A stretch of DNA of 64,000 bases from an uncultured Rivularia sp. (GTDB lineage: Bacteria; Cyanobacteriota; Cyanobacteriia; Cyanobacteriales; Nostocaceae). The DNA lies in the NCBI GenBank assembly GCA_963665115.1, contig OY762007.1, positions 1,184,001-1,248,000 on the forward strand, written 5' to 3'. Shown in pieces: positions 55,018 to 64,000 of the stretch. Numbering within the stretch: the stretch's first letter is position 1; every line of letters begins with the position of its first letter. The translations under genes were made by a program, and so were the position numbers. A model generated the notes under the pieces. The model made no database searches, was not told the origin of the DNA, and saw only the letters and a list, made by a program, of their open reading frames with translations.

Positions 55018-55034
55018 ATGAAGAACTAATGAAG
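55018..55034 (-). promoter_or_regulatory. Candidate winged-helix regulator site: CTTCAT-N5-CTTCAT direct repeat
   Basis: ATGAAG at 55018 and 55029 (11-bp period) in the psbA3/rfpB divergent region. Confidence 0.4.
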
Positions 55035-55398
55035 TATCTTCTTATCTTTACAAAACTTAATAACTGTCTGAAGCACAGATGCGAGAATTTATTTATATTG
55101 AATTTAGAATAAATACTTACTAAATATAAATAAAAGTAAAGAAAATTATTTTTTATTGAAGCTAAGTAACTTTTAGGTAAGAAACTCGTTAATAATTATG
55201 TTGAATAAAAGTGTTTTTGCGGATATTTTTATTTCTAATCTATATAAAGAAATTAGATTTAGATATGGATGTTCGTGCTTGTCAACTGTTAGCATTTATA
55301 TAGAGCAAAAATAATAATTTGTGTGAAAAAAATAGTTCAATTTTTTAGTTAATTAATGTGAAAAAAACTTAGTTTCCAAGTTTAAGAGGTGATTTTAA

Positions 55399-56685
55399 AT
55401 GAGGATTTTAGTAGTTGAGGATGACAAGTGTATTACCAAAGCTTTGGAAAATATTCTTAGCAATCAACACTATGTCGTGGATATTGCCGAGAATGGTTTG
55501 CTTGGCTGGGAGTTTGTGGAGGCTTTCACCTATGACTTAATTTTGTTAGATGTAATTTTACCCGAACTTGATGGCATTGAATTTTGCCAGAAGTTACGAG
55601 AACATAACTATCAAATGCCCGTTTTATTATTAACAGCCCAAAACTCTAGCAATGATAAAGTGTTGGGATTAGATGCTGGAGCGGATGATTATGTTGTTAA
55701 ACCTTTTGAAGTCACTGAATTGTTAGCTCGAATTCGAGTTTTACTGCGTCGGAAAAATACACCAATACAAGCAGTTTTGCAATGGGAGAACCTGCGGCTG
55801 AATCCTGGTAGCACGGAAGTGACTTATAACAGTGATTTACTAAACCTGACTCCCAAGGAGTATCGTTTACTTGAACTTTTTCTTCGTAATAGCAATATTG
55901 TTTTTAGTAGAAGTGAGATTTTAGATCATTTGTGGTCTATGGAAGAAGCACCCAAAGAAGATACAGTTACAGCCCATATTAAAGGTTTACGGCACAAGCT
56001 GACGAGAGCGGGGGCACCGAGCGATTTAATTGAAACTGTTTATGGTTTGGGTTATCGTCTTAAAGAAATTGATCGCGCTAAAGTAAAATCCTCTGAGGAA
56101 AAACCTCGCAAGAAACTAAATAATAAACAAAGTAACAAACAGCAGCAGGCGAAGGAAGCATTGATTAAAACGTGGGAAAAGCTAAAAGCACTAAATATTG
56201 AACGCATCACTATTTTAGAGCAAGCTGTTAGCGCATTGTTAAAGAATAATAAAAGCGAAGAATTAATAGAAAAGGCGCAAAATGTAGCGCACCAATTTGC
56301 TGGAGGGTTAGGCATCTTTGGTTTTACTGAAGGTTCGCATCTAGCCAGAGAAATAGAGCAAATTTTTAAATCGAGAGTTAATTTAGACAGAACTCAAGGA
56401 CTTCATTTGAGAGAATTGGTAAAACTTTTACAGCGGGAAATACAACAGCCTGCGTTTAACAGCGATTGCAAACCCGTACAATGCGATAAATATTCTGTAA
56501 TGCTGGTAATTAATGATGATGTAAAACTAGCGAGGAACATAGTTAAATCTGCTATTGCATCGGGAATACATATAGAATCAGTACAAAATTTATTCGCAGC
56601 AAAAGAAGCATTAAACAAGCCTCAAGTTGATGCAGTATTGGTCAATCCTTCCCTTGATAAGACAACTGAAGAGGTTAAAGGTTAA
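55399..56685 (+). CDS. rfpB: FaRLiP response regulator REC-wHTH-Hpt-(truncated REC)
   Basis: MRILVVEDD, LTPKEY, TVYGLGYRL, Hpt AHQFAGGLG. The last REC breaks off at a heptamer array. Confidence 0.82.
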   Translation: MRILVVEDDKCITKALENILSNQHYVVDIAENGLLGWEFVEAFTYDLILLDVILPELDGIEFCQKLREHNYQMPVLLLTAQNSSNDKVLGLDAGADDYVVKPFEVTELLARIRVLLRRKNTPIQAVLQWENLRLNPGSTEVTYNSDLLNLTPKEYRLLELFLRNSNIVFSRSEILDHLWSMEEAPKEDTVTAHIKGLRHKLTRAGAPSDLIETVYGLGYRLKEIDRAKVKSSEEKPRKKLNNKQSNKQQQAKEALIKTWEKLKALNIERITILEQAVSALLKNNKSEELIEKAQNVAHQFAGGLGIFGFTEGSHLAREIEQIFKSRVNLDRTQGLHLRELVKLLQREIQQPAFNSDCKPVQCDKYSVMLVINDDVKLARNIVKSAIASGIHIESVQNLFAAKEALNKPQVDAVLVNPSLDKTTEEVKG

Positions 56686-56741
56686 AGGTCAAAGGTTAAA
56701 GGTCAAAGGTTAAAGGTCAAAGGTTAAAGGTCAAAGGTTAA
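56672..56741. repeat. Heptamer array AGGT(T/C)AA, ~10 copies
   Basis: Direct reading; supplies the rfpB stop codon. Confidence 0.9.
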
Positions 56742-56796
56742 TAAGGCTTGTTTTTAATCTAAAACAAAAATATCCGTTGTTAAAACCCAAAATAGA

Positions 56797-59362
56797 ATGA
56801 CTCAGTTTAATAACCCACATCCGCAAATATCAAATAATTCCTCTATCAATGATGAAAAGCCAATTGCTTCTGTGGAGGTACTTTTACACCGGATGATGAA
56901 TCGGATTCGGCAATCCCTGGAATTACCTGCAATTCTCACCGGAAACTGTGGCAGAAGTCCGTACTTTCTTGGAGACAGACAGAGTTAAGGTTTATCGTTT
57001 TGATGCAGATGGCAGTGGAGAAGTGGTTGCTGAATCTGTTGTCAAAGAGCGCTTACCATCTCTTTTAGGACAACATTTTCCCGCAGAAGATATTCCACCC
57101 GAAGCACGCGAATTATTTATCAAAGCACGTCAGCGTTCAATTGTGAATTTAGCTACACAACAAATTGGCGTGAGTCCTTTGGATTGTCCGGAAACTGGAG
57201 AGTCTTTAGCACAAGATGATATTCGGTTTCGTCCTGTAGATGAATGTCATATCGAATATCTCACCTCAATGGGGGTACAGTCGTCATTAGTGGTGCCGAT
57301 TTTACATCACGACCAACTATGGGGATTATTGGTATCTCATCACAGTTTGCCACGTCAGGTAACAGAGCGAGAATTGCAGATTGTTCAGCTAGTTGCAGAC
57401 CAATTATCAATTGCGATCGCACAAAGTACTTTACTCGAACAAACCCGTGCCCGAGCAGCACAGGAAACTACAATTAATCGAGTCGCCAAGCTGTTGCATT
57501 CGATGACGGAGATGCAGTTACAGCAAGCATTGGAATTAACTGTATCTGGATTGCAAGGGGCGGGTGGTAGAGTTTACATTTTTCCGCAAAATCTCCAAGA
57601 GGAAGCACAATTGTTTGTTTCTGGAGAGTGGGTTAATAAAGATGAAGAAAAATTTGAGGAACATCCGACTTGGCAAGAGTGGTTGGGAAAGCAAGCAACT
57701 GTTGGGAATGGAATTAAAGCTTGGATAATTCCAGATTTGCATCAAGTTGCGCTGCCAGAATATTTAGAATCGGTTTTTTCAAACAGTAATATTCGCAGCT
57801 TGCTAGTTATCGAACTAAAATCTCGTCAGCAGAGCTTAGGTTATTTGAGTATATTTCGTCATGAAATTGAAATTGAAACTTTGTGGGCAAGAAGAGCCGA
57901 TCGCAATGATTCGCGACAACAGCGTCCAATAATATCTTTTGAAACATGGCGAGAATTAAAGCAAGGTCAAGTACAATCATGGATTGAGGCAGAAATTGAA
58001 CTTGCTTTGGCTTTAGGAAGTCACTTTGCCACAGCAATTCATCAATATGAACTGTATCAGCAAGTATACGCTCTCAATATTGACTTAGAACAAGATATCG
58101 AAGAGCGTAAGCAAGCAGAATTCAAAATATCTGCCTTAAATGCCCAATTAGAACAGCGAGTGCAGGAACGAACAGTAGAATTACGACGAGAAATTAACGA
58201 ACGCGAGCAAGCAAAAGCCTCACTCGAACGCCTTAGTCGGCAAAGCGGGTTAATCTTGAACTCCGCAGGAGAGGGAATTTGTGGTTTAAATGCTCAAGGT
58301 AAACTCACTTTTATCAACCCAGCAGCAGCGAGAATGTTGGGATATCGAGTAGAAGAATTGATTGTTTCAATCGCTAATAAGGATTCAGATTCGTACCCAA
58401 AATACATTCTCTCTGAATTTCCGCATCAGTCTGGAGAAAGATTTATGCACGTTATATTAAACCACTCCCAACCAGACGGAAGTCCTTACCCTTGGGAAGA
58501 AAATCCTATTTATGCCACCTTAAAAACTGGAGCAGTGCAACATATTACTGACGATATATTTTACCGTCGAAATAAAACAAAATTTCCTGTAGAGTATGTT
58601 AGTACACCAATTTTAGAAAAGAGTAAGATTGTAGGTGCTGTTGTCATTTTCAAGGATATTACCGAACGACAAATAATAGAGCGAATGAAAAATGAGTTTG
58701 TCTCAGTTGTCAGTCACGAACTGCGGACACCTTTAACTTCAATTCGCAGTGCTTTAGGTTTACTTTCAAAGGGTTCGTTGAATAATCAACCCGCTAAAAG
58801 TCAGCGGATGATGGAAATTGCCTTTGATAATACCAACCGCTTGGTGCGTTTAATTAATGACATTCTTGATATTGAACGCATCAATTCCGGCAAAGTGACG
58901 ATGGAAAAACAACATTGCAATGCTGGACAATTGACGATCCAAGCAGTAGATGAAATGCGAGCAATGGCTGAGAAAGCAGAAATTAAACTTGCTTTGAAAC
59001 CTGTTGAAATCCAATTATGGGCAGATCCAGATAGAATCGTTCAAACATTAACCAATTTACTCAGTAATGCAATTAAATTTTCGCCAGCAAATAGTACAGT
59101 TTCCCTTAGTGGAAAGCTGCAAGATTCTCAAATATTATTTCAAGTAAAAGATCGAGGTAGAGGAATTCCTGAAGATAAACTAGAAACCATTTTTGACCGC
59201 TTTCAACAAGTTGATGCTTCTAATTCTCGAAATCAAGGAGGTACGGGTTTAGGGTTAGCAATTTGTCGCAGCATTGTACAACAGCATGGTGGTAATATTT
59301 GGGTTGAAAGTACTTTGGATCGTGGTAGTACTTTTTACTTTACGTTACCTATTAGTAATTAG
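56797..59362 (+). CDS. rfpA: Knotless phytochrome histidine kinase GAF-PHY-PAS-HisKA-HATPase (~854 aa), +1 frameshift at 56939-56942
   Basis: EDIP motif, bilin Cys in VDECHIEYL, PIISFETW tongue, SHELRTPL, GGTGLGL. Confidence 0.88.
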
Positions 59363-59386
59363 CGATTATTTATTAGAAAAAAACAA

Positions 59387-59759
59387 ATGAGCAAACGCAT
59401 TTTAATAATTGATGACGATAAAGATATCCGAGAAGCCACTCAAATGTGTCTAGAAATTTTAGGCTCATGGGAAGTATTGAGTGCTGGTTTCAGGTAAAGA
59501 AGGTTTAGTTACAGCAGCAGCCGAGGTACCCGATGCTATTCTTTTAGATGTAATGATGCCTGAGATGGACGGTTTGACAACTTTTGAGAAGCTACAAGAG
59601 AATCCTGTTACTAAAAATATTCCTGTGATTTTACTAACAGCAAAAGCTCAACCTGCCGAAAAGCGTCATTTTACTCAACTTCGTGTAGCGGGGGTAATTA
59701 CTAAGCCTTACGATCCGTTTACTTTGGCTGATGAAATTACACAGGTTTTGAAGCGATAG
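59387..59759 (+). CDS. rfpC: CheY-like response regulator (~123 aa), +1 frameshift at 59488-59490
   Basis: MSKRILIIDDD...SAGSGKEG (after correction)...LLDVMMPEMDG...LTAK...KP. Confidence 0.85.
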
Positions 59760-59857
59760 TTTTAGCCCGTTAATACTTGTTGTATCGTTTATGTAGAGTA
59801 AGCGATCGCGGTAATAGGAACTAAATGGTACTAATAGCCCGAAAGCATTCGTGACAA

Positions 59858-60901
59858 TTACAAGACAAACTCTTCCGTAACCACAGCATCTTGATAAATG
59901 GCTTCCACTTTAAACTGTTTACCAGCAGCTTCGCTAAATGCTAACTGAATAATTTGGTCGGATTCTCTAGCAATCGCCGATTCACTTTCTGGTTCATCAG
60001 TATTATAATTCAGCGTTACTTTCAGTTGCAAACCTTGTGGTAAACAATATTCATTTTGAGAACGAATTTGTGCAAGTACACCTATCTCTTGATTTTCTTC
60101 AAGTCTCATATTAATTGTTAATGCAAAGCGCTGATTATTTAGTAATAATCCAAAGTCAAATAATTTACCCCTTCTAACTGCAAAATCAGATGACTGAGTA
60201 TTTCTTCTGGTTGCACTTGCATAACTAAGATTAGGCATTTGTGGTGTTAAAATATTTTCAATAGATTGCCAACTTTCTTCAAATAATCCACTCCACCATT
60301 GAGAAAGATTAACAAGGGATTGAGTAACTTTGTGAGGAATATTTTCTGCTGATTTAGGTAAAGGAATAGCTTCTATTTCCAGAAAGCGAATATATAAGAA
60401 TAAATTGTTCACTTCACTATCAAAGCTAGAAAGCGGAATTTTACAAATCTCAGAGTTTTGACTTGGAGATAATTCATCATGTCGTATTATTCCATGAATT
60501 GTTAACTGTTCGGCTTCTTCTAAAATTTCAACTAATACATAGAAGTGAGCAGCAAGTTGTGGTGATATGATATTTTCTTGATGAATAGAAACTAAATTGT
60601 CATAAAGACTATCTACAGTAATTAGTTGAACCTTAAATTCACCAACTTGTAAATTAACGTTCTTCTGTTGAGAATCTGCATCGAGTTGCTTAACTTCGAT
60701 ATCTGGGATTTGTTCTTGTAACCATTCTTCAAAACCGAATAAAGCTAGTTGATTTAAATAAACTCTCCATTGATTTTTCTCACCATCAATATTTTGACTA
60801 ATATTGATAGCTTTCTCATAATGTTCTGGTTCTAAACAAGCAATCCTTGGTTTAATTCGTTGGCTAAAATCTTGTTCTGCTTGTAAGGATAATCTAGTCA
60901 T
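59858..60901 (-). CDS. DUF1822 family protein
   Basis: AAHFYVLVE, NLSQWWSGLFEESW, RGKLFDFG, LPQGLQL motifs; homologous to 23137-24384. Confidence 0.82.
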   Translation of the reverse strand: MTRLSLQAEQDFSQRIKPRIACLEPEHYEKAINISQNIDGEKNQWRVYLNQLALFGFEEWLQEQIPDIEVKQLDADSQQKNVNLQVGEFKVQLITVDSLYDNLVSIHQENIISPQLAAHFYVLVEILEEAEQLTIHGIIRHDELSPSQNSEICKIPLSSFDSEVNNLFLYIRFLEIEAIPLPKSAENIPHKVTQSLVNLSQWWSGLFEESWQSIENILTPQMPNLSYASATRRNTQSSDFAVRRGKLFDFGLLLNNQRFALTINMRLEENQEIGVLAQIRSQNEYCLPQGLQLKVTLNYNTDEPESESAIARESDQIIQLAFSEAAGKQFKVEAIYQDAVVTEEFVL

Positions 60902-60924
60902 GGTGTTTTTATATATGATTATTT

Positions 60925-62496
60925 TTATGCTGCGTTTCTTTTCTGATTGATATACTCTCGCAATCTTTGAGCAAATAAGCTATTTTTATAAAGGCTCCTT
61001 GATGCTGTAATTTCTGCATAAGCTTCTTTAAATGCTATTTCATACAAAAAATTTCTTACCTGTTGTGCTATATCTCGTAAATTATTCGGGTTGCAAGATA
61101 CTTCCTCCGTAAAAAATTTGCTAGCTTTTTCTTGAATTTGTTCTATGAAACTCTTCTCGGAAAAAGACTGAACATTTTCAATTAGTTCGCTCAATTGAAA
61201 TATACGTCTGGCTTTTGCCCAATTTGTTTTCCATAATTGTGCAATTTCTTTCAAACTCAAAGGATTATTTGTTTGGTAATAGAGTTGTAATCCTTGGATA
61301 AATTTTGGAGCATAGGCAGAATAATTCTTTTTTTTAGATAAAAATACCACTCGTTGAGGAATGATTGATGAAATTGCGTTAAATAATATTTTATTTGGTA
61401 ATTTATTCAAAAGTTCTCGTAATTCAATCTCTTCTATATATTCGCAGTTAAGATTTTTAATATAAGACGCATTCGGATTAAAATCAGAATTATTATTATC
61501 TTTATCTATAGAACCAGCTTTAGGACTTCCTATCCTGGTAGAATACTCATCTTGACGTAATATTTCTGCAATTTTTTGAAAACTTTGAATCAACTCATGA
61601 ACAGAACTAAGTATAATGTCTTTATCCTGTAATAAATCAAGCATTTCTTCTAACTGTGGGTGTGTTGGTTCGGAACACCTACCCCTTTGATGAAATTTTC
61701 GTCTATCTCTTCTATAAACTGCATGAAAAACTTTTATTAATTGATGTTCCTTATTAGTGAAATGAGTATCGAGCGATTGAGGGACTTCTCTACATAATAA
61801 AGACCAATCGCTAGAAATCCAAATTCCAAGCTCTAATAAAAATATTTGTAAGTTCTTATTTTGTCTAATACATCTGATACACCAATTATCTAAACTTTCA
61901 CTATTCTTGTTACTAGATAAATTTGGATTGTAAGTTCTTAAAATATCGACACTAAAAAAATTTCCTTCTCTAGGTATTGATTGAGTAGAACCATTTTTAT
62001 TAAAAATTAGTTGAGTTTTATCATCGCAGTCCATAACAATGAAGGTACTACCGTCATCGTTGAGAACGTATGATAACAAGTCTGGTAATAATGTATAATT
62101 ATTGGGACTTTTGTTCGCGAGTATTTGACAACCTTTAATAATAGCGTGAGATAAATAGCATCTTAAACAAAGCCCTGCCTCAGCACGTTTTTTACCATCA
62201 AGATTAACATCATGGAATATTTTCCACAGATGTACTTGAACATATTGATTTTCTGCCTTAGATAAATTTGTTTGACTACTTAATTGTGGTAATTCATCTC
62301 TAAAAAACTCTTTTGCTAAAGTTGATTGTTTCTCTCTATAACAAGAAGTCAGTTTACCATCTTTATCAAAAGGATTAGCGATAATGCACATTGTCCAATA
62401 TCTTGATGTATTTGTATCCATATTTTTGTTGTTCATCGGAATTAGTTCATAAGTTCTCATATTGAGATTTGCGATAAAAACGGGATTGGTAAACAA
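60925..62496 (-). CDS. Sigma-like / HTH helical regulator paired with DUF1822 (start uncertain)
   Basis: CLRCYLSH, FHAVYRRDR, LSLKEIAQLW...KARR HTH-like segment; same layout as 24394-25923. Confidence 0.6.
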   Translation of the reverse strand: MFTNPVFIANLNMRTYELIPMNNKNMDTNTSRYWTMCIIANPFDKDGKLTSCYREKQSTLAKEFFRDELPQLSSQTNLSKAENQYVQVHLWKIFHDVNLDGKKRAEAGLCLRCYLSHAIIKGCQILANKSPNNYTLLPDLLSYVLNDDGSTFIVMDCDDKTQLIFNKNGSTQSIPREGNFFSVDILRTYNPNLSSNKNSESLDNWCIRCIRQNKNLQIFLLELGIWISSDWSLLCREVPQSLDTHFTNKEHQLIKVFHAVYRRDRRKFHQRGRCSEPTHPQLEEMLDLLQDKDIILSSVHELIQSFQKIAEILRQDEYSTRIGSPKAGSIDKDNNNSDFNPNASYIKNLNCEYIEEIELRELLNKLPNKILFNAISSIIPQRVVFLSKKKNYSAYAPKFIQGLQLYYQTNNPLSLKEIAQLWKTNWAKARRIFQLSELIENVQSFSEKSFIEQIQEKASKFFTEEVSCNPNNLRDIAQQVRNFLYEIAFKEAYAEITASRSLYKNSLFAQRLREYINQKRNAA

Positions 62497-62733
62497 AATC
62501 TGTCATGCTTTGTCCAGTCGAGCTTACATCTATATATAGATTGGGGATTTTTTACCTATACATTTTTCTTGGAATCTCCTTGTCATCTATCTAATGGTTG
62601 ATTATTTAACAAAAACTTTCACATAACATTAGGTAACATTTTTTACACAAAAAGTAATATTTTTATGGCACATCAAATAACATCATATAGTCAATAAGGA
62701 TACACAGGATATTACAACCATAAGGAACTGATA

Positions 62734-64000
62734 ATGCAGGTACTGGTGAATCTAAGGTTTCATGATGGTGATTTTCAGCATGGATTTGAGAAAACTACCC
62801 TTAGTGGGATTGTAACTGGTAGTCAAAATTCTACAGAACTAGAAACTCGACTACCCCCTGCACCTTTAATCCCTGGTTTGTATCAAAGTTGGCAGGAGAA
62901 ATACTGTGAGTTAGTGGAAACTCGCGTCAGAAAAATTGTACCCAAAGAACTGATAACCACAAGAGGTTTTAGTAAACAACAATCTACTAATTTCTCTTAT
63001 TACGAGTGTCAGCAGAATTGCAATCAATATGCTGAAGATTTGCGTACTCAAATTAATCAATGGCTGGCTGCAATTAAGTCACAATTAGAAACTGATTTTA
63101 AGTTAGATACAAATTCAGAAATTTTATTAACTATCAATACTGAAAATATTACATCCCAATTTACAAAGGATATTTTACATCGTTTACCTTGGCGGGAATG
63201 GGATTATTTTAATCGTTGTTCTGGTTTTGAAATCGCTTTGTGCTTGAGCAAATTTCAGTCAAATTCCACCAAAATTGTTGACGATGGGATATTTAGAAGA
63301 GTTAGGATTACTAGTATATTTGGTGATAGCACAGATATCGATATTGCTGGCGATCGCCAATTAATCGCAAAACTCCAAAAGCGGGGAGCAGAATTAATAA
63401 ATCTTGAGCAACCACAACGTCAAGATTTTATTAAATTATGGGATGAACCTTGCGATATTTTATTTTATAGCGGTCATAGTGAAAGTAGTATTGATGGTAC
63501 TCTTGGTTCGCTACAAATTAGTAGTACGGAAAGTTTAAGTTTACAGGAAATTAGAAATACTTTTCAAGAAGCTATTAGAAAAGGTTTAAAGTTAGCGATA
63601 TTTAATTCCTGCGATGGTTTGGGTTTAGCTAAGCAATTAGCAGATTTACATTTGCCTTATATTATAGTTTGGCGCGAACCCGTACCAGATAAAATAGCTC
63701 AAAAGTTTCTGGAGTATTTTCTCAGTTCTTATGCTGAAGGTAAATCTTTATTTAACTCGGTGCGAGATGCCAGAATTAAGCTGGTTGAATTAACAAATAG
63801 TGCTGAAAAAGAAAATCTTATTCCGGGATTGGAATGGTTGCCGATTATCTGTAAAAATACAACTGATGCTCCTCCGACTTGGGAAGATTTGGGAGGACTT
63901 ACGGGTAAACTTCCTGACTGCCCTTATCAGGGTTTATCCGCATTTAGGGAAGAAGATAAGGAATTCTTTTTTGGTCGGGATGATGTAATTGCAGACTTAG
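62734..64000 (+). CDS. CHAT protease fused to a probable STAND (nSTAND1-like) NTPase; partial, not in the ORF track
   Basis: Manual translation MQVLVNLRF...LPPAP...LPWREW...ILFYSGHS...LAIFNSCDG...CPYQGLSAF..EDKEFFFGR; open to the window end. Confidence 0.85.
   Translation, partial: MQVLVNLRFHDGDFQHGFEKTTLSGIVTGSQNSTELETRLPPAPLIPGLYQSWQEKYCELVETRVRKIVPKELITTRGFSKQQSTNFSYYECQQNCNQYAEDLRTQINQWLAAIKSQLETDFKLDTNSEILLTINTENITSQFTKDILHRLPWREWDYFNRCSGFEIALCLSKFQSNSTKIVDDGIFRRVRITSIFGDSTDIDIAGDRQLIAKLQKRGAELINLEQPQRQDFIKLWDEPCDILFYSGHSESSIDGTLGSLQISSTESLSLQEIRNTFQEAIRKGLKLAIFNSCDGLGLAKQLADLHLPYIIVWREPVPDKIAQKFLEYFLSSYAEGKSLFNSVRDARIKLVELTNSAEKENLIPGLEWLPIICKNTTDAPPTWEDLGGLTGKLPDCPYQGLSAFREEDKEFFFGRDDVIADL

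Overview
AT-rich cyanobacterial DNA. Frequent HIP1 GCGATCGC sites and heptamer STRR arrays point to a heterocystous, Nostocales-like genome. The centrepiece (41.9-59.8 kb) is a far-red-light photoacclimation (FaRLiP) locus: rfpB-rfpA-rfpC lie divergent from psbA3-apcD5-apcB2-apcD2-apcE2-apcD3-psbD3-psbC2-[unannotated 59-aa PsbF-like membrane ORF]-psbB2-psaF2-psaJ2. The locus is incomplete in this window (no chlF/psbA4, psbH2, psaA2, psaB2, psaL2 or psaI2). psaF2 is split by an IS630 element, and rfpB ends abruptly in a heptamer repeat. Around it are three related loci built from CHAT proteases with intact His/Cys dyads, sigma-like HTH + DUF1822 gene pairs, CHASE2 sensors, DUF928, two-partner-secretion FHA/ShlB genes and a small Cys-rich peptide; together these are a candidate protease-controlled signalling system. 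The left part holds an FGE-sulfatase gene, an Ig-like repeat protein, LRV/HEAT and pentapeptide-WD40 proteins, a MoxR-like AAA + DUF2201/vWA pair, dinB and a CPA2-USP antiporter. An IS1634 and several MITE/REP families are also present. Nine genes carry single +1 insertions in short homopolymers, most likely a systematic sequencing error.
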